A DNA stretch of 64,000 nt from Paecilomyces variotii (taxonomy: Eukaryota), in the NCBI GenBank assembly GCA_004022145.1, contig RCNU01000004.1. The stretch is one strand, 5' to 3'. Below are positions 1-13,146 of the stretch, in pieces. The stretch's first letter is position 1, and each line of letters starts with the position of its first letter. The notes beneath the pieces are model-generated. The model saw nothing but the letters and a program-made list of their open reading frames with translations. It ran no database searches and was not told the origin of the DNA. The position numbers were made by a program, and so were the translations under genes.

Positions 1-518
1 CAAACAACAAGGGACCGACTGCAGCGGTCCAGAAGGGGCTATTTCTCGAGAAAAAGGACAACAAGACAAGACAAGACAAAAAAAAAGAAAAAACAGAAAA
101 TAACGAACGCCGTTATCCGTGCGGTTCGTCTCCTTTTCTCTTCCACGGGCCATGGGTTCACGGGTCAGGCGTTAGCAACAGCTATGCATCATTCTATGTA
201 TGGTCGTCGCAAGGGAGGGGAAGAAGCAGCAAAAGCACCAGAAGCAGATCCACACGCGCGCGCCCCCGCTCCAGCTAGACGATGAACCCAGCCTATTATT
301 ATGATCAGATATATGCATCCTTCCCATTTCGAGTGTGCTGTGATGGAATATACTTGCAGTAGCAGCTATATACTATGGCTTATTCCATCTGCACCATATT
401 CCATTCTTCGATCAGATCAGCGAAAAACAAACAAGGTCTAAGGGAGACAAAGGAGCTTTCTCAATGAACGAATCAGCCGTCTCCGGAGAGAGCGACCAAC
501 CTAATCCAGGAAGAATAG

Positions 519-543
<25 letters not shown>
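519..543. repeat. (TA)n microsatellite
   Basis: About 12 consecutive TA units read directly. Confidence 0.9.
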
Positions 544-549
<6 letters not shown>

Positions 550-2220
550 AGCTAACATAGTTTCGCCGACATCAAACTCCTGGGAATAGATGACACCCGA
601 ATTCCGCGGCAGGGCTTTTTCTTCTTGACCATGTAATCATCATCTCTTTGAGACGGATCTCACTTAGCTCTTGGAGAAGGCGACGGATATACGGCCATAT
701 CGGCTGTAATATTAATACCGCAGGGTAAGTTCACCCTAGGAAAATAGGGTCTGTTCAGTTGGAAAACTCGAGGAGGTGCAGAACGAAGAGTAGTCTTTCG
801 CCTGAACTTTCTTTCTTTCTTTCTTTTTTTTTCCTGATCCCTCCCTGTTCTCTGGTAATCATACCATACCCTGAACATATTCTTGATATGTTAGAACTTT
901 CGAACCAACAATGACGGACAGAGAGCGTGAGAGAGAGAGGTAGGAAAGAACAACTCCCCCAGGATAGATACGACAACAAGACACGACAAAGAAAGGAAAG
1001 AGTAATGACCAGGTATGTATATTCTCTTTGTTTCTTTCTTTCCTTCATTTCATTTCAGAATGCTCAATAAACGTCGATAGTGGCTATCCCTTCCTTGTAC
1101 CACCCACCCACCTAGTCATAACTCTCTTCTAACCTCGGTAAAATCCCAAAAAAAATACAGAGAGAGAGAGAGAGAGAGATAGAGCTTACGAATACATAGT
1201 ATCATTACAGTCTAGATAGGCCAAGAACACTTATCGTATCAACCTACTCTATTCTCGAGTCTAGAGTCGTTGGCCCAGACCAGAGGATTGGTACCATACA
1301 CCCCCCCCTCCCGAAGTTCTGTCTTTCTAAAGCGGATCGAGATTCGAGACTTAACCTACTTTCGTCCCGATTCTGGCGTCAGAGATAATATCATCCCGTC
1401 TTCTCCATCGCCCTAGGATAAACATAACATAGACAAAAGAAAGAAGAACCAAAAAGAAGGTTTCTGGTTTCTTTTACTATCGACTAAGTATCTAGCACTC
1501 GTCTCACGGGAAGAGGCTGCTTCCGGTTCGATGGTATGCAAATAAAATAATAATGCAAGATAGAGTGGACGCTAATGGCAATGACGTTGGAGTTTGAGGG
1601 TCCTTCCTGTTATTTATTAATTGATATGGATGTCAACTATTGTTTTAATAGTGGGGGGGTAAATGTTACTAGGGGAGATGATTTAATTGAAGAGATAAAG
1701 AAATTAGGGATGTCTAGTAGATTACGTATAAGATGTTCAATTCTATAATCGGAGAGAGAGAAAGAGAATCTGGAAAGAGTCCTTATATATGATATCGATC
1801 GAGGATTCAAAGATGATGAAGAATGCACTCAACGATTGATCATGTGCAGAGATATTCGAGCTGCGGATAGAGGCTCAGGTCTACTTTTCTTTTTTTTTCC
1901 AAGAACAATAGGCTAATCTAGATGAATTTATATGATCTTCAAAAAATAAGGAAGAAATATAGAAAGAAATATAGTTACCGACATCTTCATGGAGAGTTAC
2001 ATAGAAGGCTTCGGAGTGAAGTGAAGGAACTTGGAAGAACCCGTGTTCGCTCACATTGGGGACTAATTTTCCCAATCAGTATAATAAATATCAAGGACTA
2101 TTGGCTGGCAGCAACACTACTACTACTACTACTGGGAAGACGAGGACTTGGTTAAGGTTAAGTCTTCCGGCTCCGCGGAAGGGATAGGGATAGCCACGGT
2201 AACGCCTTTAGGTCGGGTCA

Positions 2221-3453
2221 CAGTAGAACGGGGTTACTAAGAGAGCTGATCGGGGGTAGAAAATATTTGCCAAGGAAATTCTTGGCATTTTCTCTACCCC
2301 CGATCGGCTCTCGCTTAATAACGCTAAGAAATTAGAGCATAATTTTGCCATACCCGCGTTATAGTAAAACAGAAATTTACCTAATATTCCCTGATATTAA
2401 GCATATACTCCTCTTATACTTTGCATATGCTACCATTTAAATACTTATCCTTTTGCTTATATTTACCTCTCGTATCTTCCATATGCTTAGCATATGCTTA
2501 GTATATGCCTTTATATACTTGACCAAGGTATAAGACTTACCCACGGGTTACCTACTACCTGATACTTAGTTGTCACGAACTAGGGCTACGATACCCGATC
2601 CGGACCTGCCAAGACCTAGGATAGACGACGAAGGATGACGAGATGACTAGATCTACGTGTAATAGTTAGATCAGCTAGTCATAGATAGAGCCGTCAAGAC
2701 TAGGTCATCTAGATGACCTAGTAGAACAGAGACAGATAAATAACCCCCGAAGGAATAGAAGTTAGACGGATCAGCGATTCGTTCTGATTATCACTGAACC
2801 TGACCTTTGACTCTACTACGCGTAGACGGCTACTCGCCTGCGTCTCTACCTCTCATCTCACATTCTGTTTGACTAGTCCGACTAGTCACCTCCGATAAAG
2901 AGCTTTCTCACCCCAGCTCTTTACATTAGTGCATATGCTAAGCATATGCAACGCATATACTAATCTATAAGGCCTATATATAAAATAAGAGTAATATAAA
3001 ATAAATAAGACCTCAGAGAATATATATATATATATATATATATATAAGGCTATTTAACTATTATATAGGCTTACTATAGGTATATGCTTAGCATATACGC
3101 TGCATATACAAATAACCCGCCTTATAGGCAATATTAGTAAACCCCTTAGGCGAATTGTAAGTTATATCTTAGCCAAGTATATAAAGGCATATGCTAAGCA
3201 TATGCCTAGCATATAGAAGATACAAGAGGTAGATATAAGCAAAAGGATAAGTATCTAAATGGTAGCATATGCAAAGTATAAGAGAAAGTCTTAACTCTTA
3301 TTTTACTATGACACAAGTATACCATAGTATTATTCTTAGTCTACTTTTAGTGTTATTAAGCGAGAGCCGATCGGGGGTAGAGAAAATGCCAAGACTTCTC
3401 TCGGCCGAGAGTTTCTACCCCCGATCAGCTCCCTTAGTAACCCCGTTCAACTG
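2221..3453. mobile_element. Non-autonomous Tc1/mariner-superfamily DNA transposon (MITE/foldback-like) with ~300-bp TIRs
   Basis: The left end CAGTAGAACGGGGTTACTAAGAGAGCTGATCGGGGGTAGA is the near reverse complement of the right end TCTACCCCCGATCAGCTCCCTTAGTAACCCCGTTCAACTG. Inverted similarity extends from 2221-2540 to ~3157-3453. TA follows the right end; CA precedes the left end. No transposase ORF; AT-rich. Confidence 0.85.
2571..2925. mobile_element. Solo LTR (355 bp) nested in the MITE
   Basis: Begins TGTCA and ends TTACA (TG...CA). Flanked by an exact 5-bp duplication TTAGT at 2566-2570 and 2926-2930. Composition differs from the surrounding MITE. Confidence 0.85.
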
Positions 3454-6400
3454 TACGTCCCCTTTAGGTACGGTCCGAGGTGCACCGAGTCATAAGAGAC
3501 GGGAGCATATCATTGTAAATAATCATGATAGCGAGAAAAGGGGACAGCATATGAGTTACTACTTCCCTTTAGGGGCCTAGTTTGCTAAGGAAACCTCGGT
3601 CCAACCAACACGTTACTACTACTAGGTATTTGGCTCCCGCTTTGACAGTAGTCTCGAACCTTGGATCGCCTGCCCATAGCGTCTTAGATCTCTGTTCTAG
3701 TAGAGACGAGCCCCCCGTGTCGACCACGCGGCTTCGCTGATGATAGCCTTCTCCATACGAGCCTAGCAGCCGGTGAAAGGTCGACTTGTTTTGCGTGGTA
3801 AACGGCAGTTGGAGACGATCCCTGCCTGTCCCAGATGATGGGAGAAACGGGGTGATAATAATACTTTGCACTACTATAAGGCCATGTCCAAGGCGAATTA
3901 TCAAGATAACTGGCGACAAACTGCTGAGCACGGTGCATAAGGCGTGCCCGGTCACGCTTTAGCCCTGTACACGAGCCCATAGTCTCAGATCGAATAAACT
4001 TCCGAAGCGGCTATCTGAGCGCGATGTGAGCTGCGCCGCAGACACAAGACGATCATCCGGGGATTCCTAAATGGCAATAATAATATGTAAGAAAAGAAAG
4101 CATCTCGCTCCCAGCAGTCTGGTTTTCCCGTACGTCAAAACCTATATAGTAGTAGAAGATGGATCAGTTCACGACCCAGAGGAATGGGTAGTGAGACAGC
4201 TGAAACGAACGGTATACGTCAAGAACAAGCCACATCCAAGATTGTAGCAGAAGTCGCGGGATCTGCTGAGAACTACCGTGTCTCGAAGGAGTAGTTGGTG
4301 CGAGGCTACGGGCCGGAGAAGAGATCCCTTTGCCTCCTGAGTCCTGACTCCTGAGGGAGTTGTAGTCCCGAGCGGCCTCCGTCCCCACATGGCCGCGATC
4401 GAAGACGGAAGAGCCATAATAGCGCAAGATTCTACTGATCTGCTCCGTACTTGCAGTAGCCACGGAGCAAAAGACGCGATGTGGAGAGAACCCACGGAGT
4501 CAAATCTGGCCGACCAGGAGCCCGGGTCTCGTCCAGGGCTGACAGCACGCGCAGAGTAAACAGGCAAAGCTTCGGGAGCCACCTTGCCCGCTGAGGACCG
4601 TTTCCCAATTCCCGCGCAGATCAGGAGCGATATAATGAAGGGTTGCGGATTCACGAAGACATCAACTAGATGATTCGATGGTGCAAAGATAAACCCACCG
4701 ACGTGACTTGAAATTTCGCACCAATCCGCTAACGGTGCCTGGCCGCCTCAACGAACCAGACTGGCATGCTGCATAACTTCTCAACAGTGCAGATGGGGGA
4801 ACGCACAGTCGACAAGAGATACTGTGCATATCGCTTATCGAGATCGGACACCGCCAGATCGGAAAACCAGATGGGTTGAGGAATAAGATCGATCTGTCAA
4901 ACAACCATTTAGGGTAATAATCCCGCACAGAGTAACTTCGCGTCAACCCTTGCAGGCCGCCGAATGTCTTCGTAAAGAGAGCAAGATCCTGTAGCAATAG
5001 ATCGCGACGGCCACTGCCCGCGAAAGGTGCTCTCCGCCAGTTCTCAGCCCACAGAGACGATCATCATTCGCCCTGTGGCTCGTGTTGGGGAGATTGAGGC
5101 AGGGCTCATGCGTGAAGCTTGACCCAAGAGAGAGCCATGCGGAGCCGCACGGTGAAGGATCATCGTATCAATACTTGGCGACAGACAACAAAATCGCCGA
5201 CGGGTTGACGAGATCGTGGCGATTCAACTGCTCAGTAGTTTAGCGCTGAGAGTATGTACCATAATTCTTCGGTGGCCTTCCAAACAACGTACAGTATTGG
5301 CATTCTCGCGCAGGGTCCATTATTATTAGTTATTTTCACCGGGGCTGAAGGAAAGAAGACTAAGGGGTTCCACAATTCGTCAGCATGTCTGAGCACGCTA
5401 AAAAGGACATTATGATGATTATTATTGTTAAGTTTGGACGCAACAGCGGACGGGAATTCCCCGCATCCGTCGATAGTGATCCCTTGTAATGGGATCATCA
5501 GGCTGGGAGAGGTGAGAGACGGAGGACAGCCGTCGCGGCTGGAGGAAAAAAGCAGGGAAACAAACCCTTAGGGTCGACTAGACGCCGTCGGATCGAGCAC
5601 CGGAGCTACGTCCTGTTGTTCTCAATTGCGGCCAAATCAAGCTTGCTGGAAGACGGCGTGCAACGCTACCAGAGAGAAGAAACTTGAAAGTCCCCGAGTT
5701 GGTTCCAGACCGGAGGAATTCACTCCGTTTTAGATAGAGTAAGAGGGAACCAAAACTTAAGCTGAGAGGTCGGAGCGTCCCGACTCATGGCCTACAAGCG
5801 AACAAAGTCTCTGTCGGATGCCTCTCTCTAATAATAATATGATTCTCGTCTGTCATCCTCAGTGTGTCTGGAGCATAAGACAAGACCATGGTCAGCATGA
5901 TGTGGCATACTTCGAAAGTTTTCCATCTAGCATCCCTATCTAGTATCCGTGTATGCAGAGAACGTGGCTAGTGAGTATTCCAGAATTGACGACGTATCGT
6001 ATAGATTCACATCTCCGCACCGACTAGATAGTTAGAAGTTAGCAGAATACATAGTACTACATATGTGCCGGAATAGGGGACGGGGGGGATCAATCTTCCG
6101 ATTCCCCCGGTGCCATACGGACGGAATCACAACTCTATGGTTATTCTCTAGCATCATTATAAGTATTATTGCTGTCTTCTCAAAGTTAGAAGACAAAAAT
6201 TACTACTATGTACTACATACTCGTATAGAAACGTGGCTTATCTACGAAACCGCTTCTGGCTGAGATGATATCTCCTTGAAGTCGGACAGAGTCACAGACT
6301 AACCAACAGACTAAAGTACTCCTACCACATCTTAACGGACTCATGATGATAACGAAGACGACCCAGAAACCGGGAACCTCTATTAGCAAACCAATCCGAT

Positions 6401-8019
6401 CCTGTCCTGTATGGCATGTGGCCGGGATCTTCGGGGACCTTGTTTCATATCTCATGTACAATATCATTGCCTAGATTGCCCAAGTAAGCAACAAATTGAC
6501 CAGCGTGACTATAGCCGCTATACCTACGGGGTGACGTCTTCATTCCCGATCCAACCAGAACCCGGTTGAAAATACGGCGAGTCATAAGGCAAGCAAAGCA
6601 AGGGGGACATTAAGGCTTCTACCAGTTAGCAGAGCGGGAAGGGGAGGATCTCGCTACCATACACTTTGGAAATAAAGGTACCAACCAGAGAGTATTCTAA
6701 GTTGGCTTGAAATGGGGGTCTGTGCTAATACAGATAACTAGCATCCAGTTCATCCGCTTCCGCGGTCTGGGAGGGGTGGGTATGGCGAAGAGATGTGATT
6801 CCCGAGAAATGAAGGACGATTGGATGCCCGTGGGAAAGAACTTCCTCTGTTCGCCGCCGTCAGTGGGACCTCGTGGACCCTGAGAGCCTTCGAGGCGTTC
6901 GATAAGTTCGTCATATGGCTGCCATGTGTACGGAGGGACGGAGTAGTAGGTCATGTACAATATCGTCGAAAGCCACGAGGATGCAAGAAAGAATACGAAG
7001 CTTGGGTACGGCGCAGCTTAGTAGATTAGGGCGCGCGCGAATGTCCCCCAAAGGAAAAGCAATAATACATAATAGTACGATGATAGGAAGTAGTACCTAT
7101 ACTCTAGTCCAGTGTCTAAGCGGCGGCTGCCGTGTCGTAAAGCTTCAGCCCCAAACGAGAGCCACTTTCGGTGCCACCCCGGATCTTGCATATCATCGTG
7201 GTACGTACCGTGATTCTAGCTGGTGCTTCCCACATGGAAACAGACCGTCGATCACTCTAGGCCACTTGAGCTTCATGATATACCTCGTACTCAGAGAGTA
7301 GTATCCCTATCGGGAGTAATACTGACGCAGTTAGCTCCTGGGTAGGTCCACTGTCACTGAACGGGCCACCAGTCATACACCCCTCAAGGCGAGAGCTGAA
7401 AGAATGCGATGGACAAGATGAAATTGGTGCCGTAGTCTGATTTGACCACTGTAATGTGTGCATCGTTGAATATGTATTCTCATATGATAATATGTACAGT
7501 GTCATCGTAGCAATAATCGAGACCTCCCACAGCCCCCTACCATACTGCGCCCCTTTTTCGATCAGTCCTACCACTCTCTCCAACATCCAAATTTCTGTTT
7601 GCAATATCGAACGGAAGAAGACTTTTCTGAATCACCTACAGCGCCTGAGCTTCATGTTGCCGTGACCCTGGTAGATCTGCAAAGGGCCAAACCTAAACAA
7701 AGAAATCTCATACCCCGGAAACCAATGCCGGCGATCCTGCAGGCCTTCAGGAACTATCACTGAGTGCACAGACAGTCTCAGCCGCCAAGTGGATGGACGA
7801 CAGGGCAGAAAGCCGATGGTGGGCTCTAGTCAAGAGAAATGCCGTATCAACATCAACGATGCTCGCTAGATATGTGTGTGGCCTGCAACTTTCAAACAGA
7901 GCACCAAATGCAATCCTTGTTACAAAAGGGAACACCAATCCTGACAATCATCCCGATTCTGTGGAACGGTCCGGTTCCCCGATCGCTAGGGCACCCAATC
8001 ACAACTATGGCGACATGGA

Positions 8020-11000
8020 TTACTGGAGGGTGGCCAGCCCTTCACTATCGAGCAAGCCGGCTTCCTTGACTAACTCATAGAATTTGCCGCCACGTCGAAT
8101 AAGCTCCGCTGGTGTGTCAAACTCTGCAACTGTGCCACGGTCCAGCACCACGATTCGGTCCGAATCAAGAATAGTATTGATACGGTGAGCGATCGTGATG
8201 ATCGTCCGATGCTGGAACATGTCGCTCCGTAAGGTACGCTGAAGGAGTGCGTCAGTCTCAACATCAACTGCGGCCTATATCCGAATATTGTCAGCATGGA
8301 ATCGGTAGTAGTCTGGCAGATATGGCTTACGGTTGCTTCATCCAACACCAGGATGTTGCTTGGGGTCAGCAACGCGCGCGCAAGGGAAACAAGCTGGCGC
8401 TGTCCCTGACTGAGATTTGAACCTGTAGGAAGTAATTCGTTAGCTCTGATGGGATCATCTACGATCAGTATGCGTTGTTGTGTGCTAAATTGACTTACCT
8501 CCTTCGTTGATCTGAGCGTCTAATTGACCTTCCATGCCAGCGACGTGATCCTTCAGTCTTGCATGTTCTACAAGCAGAGTGTTAGTCCATCATTCTCCAT
8601 TGCGAGGGAAGCTGCGTACCAAGTACACTCCAAAGTTCAGTGTCATCATGCACATGTCGAGGGTCGAGGTTATCACGTAGAGTGCCTTCGAATAGGGCAG
8701 CGTCCTGCGGGATGATTGCGAGACGGCCCCGAAGATCAAGCAGACCGATTGTTGAGATATCCAAGTTGTCAATGCTTCGTTAAAGATTAGCATTGAATCA
8801 GATAGAGTACGTCCGTTTCACACGTACCTGATACTTCCGCTGGCAGCCTCAATGATACGGAAAAGAGCCAACGTGAGCGAGCTCTTTCCTGCACCCGTAC
8901 GTCCAACAACACCGATCTTCTCATGAGGCTTAATGTCCAAGGTGACATCTTTCAAGACGAGGTCCAGTCCTGGACGGTACCGTGTGCTGTAGTGGTTGAA
9001 CGTCACAGCACCTTTGGAAGGCCATCCCAGACTTGGGCGGTTCTTGAAAATCACGTCTGGAGCCTCGCTGGGCAGATTGGCATATTCCAAGACTCGCTCA
9101 ACAGAGACGATATTGGTCTCTACCTCGACCGTCTGTCGTACAATCCAATTCAAAGATTGGGTGATCTGAAGAGCGTATGACATGGCAAGACCAACCATTC
9201 CGGCCGACAGTCCACTTCCAGTAGATACTGAAATGATCGCGAACACTGCAGCTGCAAGAATAATGATAGATCCGATAAACTCAAGGCGAACTGCAAGCCA
9301 TCGATTCGCGCTGATCGAGGGGAAGTAGGCCCGAAGGTTCGCGTCCATACGCCATTCATTCTCCAGTGTGAATCGATCTTGTTGCCTGTAAGCACGAATG
9401 GTACTGATACCACCAAGAGATTCCTGGAAGTGAGCATAGATCGGACTTCTGCTGACACTATCCAACCGTTTCAGTTCTCGTGAAGTTCTCAGGTAGTACT
9501 TCTGATAAGCCAAGTAAACAGCACCCAATGGGATAATCAAAATAAGGAATGCCGGCGTGGAGACCGCAATAACCGCCATTGTGAAAGCTGCACGAGCCGT
9601 ATTTACAAACAGCTAAAAAAAAGTTAGCTGTTATCTAGATATACAATGCAAACGTTAAGTGGATTGGATACTCACCATATTGAAGGTGCGTGCCAGAACT
9701 TCATCGATACGGTATATGTCACTATGCAATAATGCGTCAGCTCATCTAGATCAAGACTCTAAGTGCCAGTTTGCACTTATTGACACCGGTGTGACCAGGA
9801 GTCGAGTGGCACGAACCTTGAAAACCGGTTAAGTATACGTCCAGATGGCGTCGTCTCGAAGAAACTCATTGGAGATCGAAAAATAGCAAATGCCATACGC
9901 TCGTGCAGTTTCCTTGAAGCCTGGTTTGCGGCAGTCAGCAACGAGACTAGTTTCAATATGAATTTTCGAGCAAATACCTCAATCGAACAGAAGATCCACA
10001 AAATGAGAGTCTGGAAAACGACTAACGCAGAGGCACCCAAACCGAAAGCAAAGTATATTCCAATATACTTGCCAACATCTGGGTTCCTTCCCTCCCTCTC
10101 GTTGACCTCAGACCATCTCTTCAACCAGAACCCACCGGCAATACCCGCTGTCTGCGCACCAAGGAGCGCGATTATATAGATTGTTACCGCGTAGAGATTG
10201 CTCGTTTTGGCATATTCCCCGTAGACACTCCATTTGACCTTTCCCTGTTCTGCGGTCTCTTTGGTTTGCTTGCTCTTCAGGTTTTCTTCGTCGCCCAATT
10301 TACGTCTCGGTCCCTGCCAGCTGGAGGTACTAGCCCGTCTTAACGTGGAGAGGCTTGTCCTTCTCTGTCCAACACTACGAGATGAGATTGGAGCCAGTGG
10401 AGCCAAGCCCTCGTCAGCCTCTTCAACATCTGATAACTCGGTGTCATCGCCTTGATCGACGACGACGGTTGCCGATTCCGAACTCTCTGGACTAGCAAGG
10501 TCTTTTCCGTCATCGATGCTTTTAGACGAATCTTCATCGTCACTCGTCGTTGTACGGACAAGGGTAGCAACCTCGCCTTTCATTGCGATCAATTGCTGAT
10601 AAGTTCCTTTTTCAATTATGGTCTTGTCACGTAACAATCCAATGAAGTCTGCCTCCTTCAAGACAGCTATGGCATTGGTTGCGAGAATTCGGGTCTTGCT
10701 GGCGAGTATACCAGTACGGCCGAGTACTCTGTTTATGATATGCCTTCCAACATGTGAATCGACAGCTGACAGGACATCATCCAAGAGGTACACGTCTGCC
10801 CGGGCGTAGACGGCTCTAGCAAGAGTCAATCGAGCCTTCTGACCTCCGGAGAGCGAAATTCCTCTCTCTCCAACTTCGGTTTGATCTCCATCTGGCAGTG
10901 TTTTGAAGTCATCCAGCAAAGCGCAGGCCTCGACAGTTAGATTGTAGAAATGGGGATCCCAGCGGTGTCCGAACACAATATTCTCCCTAACACTAGCATT

Positions 11001-13146
11001 CATCACCCAAGGTTGCTGCGCAACGTAAGCTATCCGACCACGGACAACGACCTCACCTTGTTTCTTCCAGAGATCGCCCAGCAAAGACTGGAGGAACGAA
11101 GACTTGCCAGCGCCAACGCGCCCGACAATGCAACTCAGCTCCCCCTTGCGAGCACTGAAATCGATATTCTCAAGAGCAGTGCCGTCCTGATACCTGTTCC
11201 AGGTAAATGATGCATCTCGGATCCTAACGGACTCATCGCCGATGTGCGTCACAGGGTCCTCGTAGGTGACAGCATCACTTTGAAGCTCGTCTGAAGTAAA
11301 GTAATCCGTCAGGCGTCGAACAGCGACGGATGCCTCGATGATTGATGTAATAACCATCGGCAGGATCGAAAGCGGGAACGTAAGAAGATTGAAAAGAGTC
11401 AACGCCGGGAAGACAATGTCCGTTGTGAGTGGTTTGTCGTTTACCAAAACGAATACAGCAAATGTAGAACACGACACCAGGAAAGGAGTTGACGACCAAG
11501 TAAAATTCGCGACTGATTGTGTCGCTCCAATTTTACGAAGGGTATTCAGCTCGAGATCGTTACGGATATGGCTGAGCATGTTCATGAAAGCGGTGTTCCA
11601 GGCATAGAGCTTAATGCTCTTCATATTGTTCAAAATCTCTGTCATCAGCTTAGTCCGCGAATCTTTGTTCTTCATCTGCGTTATCTGCAGCTTCTTCATC
11701 ATTCTCGCGATGACGCCGTTAAGAGGGATCATCAGAATCATCATTCCGATTCCTGCAAGCATGCTCACACCAACGAGTTGGTACAAGGACACCATACATA
11801 AGATGATCTGGAATGGAGCAGACCAGAGTTGCATTCCGAATTGCGTCAGATCTGACAGGCGTTGCTGGTCCACGGCCATGTGGTTGACAATGTCACCCGT
11901 ATTTTTGGAGGCTCGGCCTTCGTTGGACAGCTTAAGCGCCTTGGAGTATATCATAGCAGTCAAAGAGGACTTGACACGCATACCGGTCTCAAATGCTCTC
12001 TGGAAATATTGGTGAAGGCACATTGTCTGGGACACGGACACGGCGAACATGGCGAGGGCAATGGCGACTCCTCTGATGACCGGTTCAGGCGTGTCCGTCC
12101 TGTACGAGTCGATGAACTGGATTAGCAGACGCAGGAGCTGCGGCTGGACGAACGCCAATATATCACTTCCAGTCTTGACAACGGCGCCCCGCAGATATGG
12201 TCCGCCAAATGCCCGGAAAAGAGCAACCCAAAGCGACGGTCTCTTCCTCTTCAGTTGATGCTGCCAAGCCTTTTCCAGGTTATCTCCCGTTACGCGAGTT
12301 GTGTCTCGCCTCCGCAAATTCCACAAGTCATCTTGGGTCAAGAAATTCTTATAGCCGTATTTCATCATAGGTGTCATCCAGCTGAACGTGAGGACTGCGA
12401 AAATATCGGCGTATTCGTAAGGGCACTCGTCTTCATCGCCCAGAGCATCATATGCGCTTTGTTTCTTCGGTACGAAGTACTCCAAAATGAACTCCAGCAG
12501 CGCGAGACCCACACTCACGTTGAAGGACACAAAGTAAGGAAGTCGGTCATGGTAAGCCTTTCGGGCGACGAGCGATCTCAGTTTCACGCCGTTGGCCAAG
12601 AGAAAGAAGACCCAGTAAAACAAGACGACTCCATTGGGCTGTCTGCTGCGCCAGTGTTCATAATACTGGACTGTGAATATCACCAGGAGCGATGCGAATG
12701 TGAGGACGGACGTCCAGAACCTGAAGTCGGCCGGCCAGATACCAGGAAGCGACTCGATCTGAATGGAGGCTTGGAGAGCAGTATTTATTATCAATGCACC
12801 CAGAATAACCTGTTTATGTCCAACATCATATTAGTTGGTATCCGTGAGGGACAATTGAGCCAGGGCGACGTACCAGTTTCAGATAGAAGTGCCAATTCTT
12901 CGCAACCGGTTGCGGATGTCGTTTCTTGAGCAGGAACCAGATGGCCCCAGCTCCCAACACGAGTCCCCAGACTGCTACCAACGAAATCCACACGTCAAGA
13001 AAGCACGGAGTGAGATCAAACCTCAACGGGCTTATCGGGCCCCATCCTTCAACATCGCCGCAGAACGGTTGGCGCTCGCGGTATGCGAGATCTAGCGGCC
13101 CCGGTGAGGGATCTCTGAAGACCGCCTGTAGGTTGCCATCGACCAT
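8020..13146 (-). CDS. YCF1: ABCC/MRP vacuolar glutathione-conjugate (metal resistance) ABC transporter, multi-exon
   Basis: Two NBDs: GRVGAGKSS with LSGGQKARL, and GRTGAGKSS with LSQGQRQ. TMD0 N-terminus FCGDVEGWGPISPLRFDLTPCF. ORFs 12826-13188, 9777-12794, 8818-9579, 8582-8764 and 8020-8220 join in frame through GT-AG introns. First ATG at 13146. Confidence 0.93.

Noticed and set aside
2481..3214. GCATATGC arrays as a CRISPR-like repeat
   Set aside because: Eukaryotic context, no regular repeat-spacer period, and they are internal to the transposon.
5560..5580. AAACCCTTAGGGTC as a telomeric seed or telomerase RNA template
   Set aside because: Single palindromic occurrence; no TAACCCTAA-type 1.5-repeat template or tandem TTAGGG seen.
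3269..7665. Short ORFs of 60-160 aa in the left intergenic region
   Set aside because: No recognisable domains, overlapping on both strands, and many have non-ATG starts; 3269-3580 lies largely within the MITE TIR.
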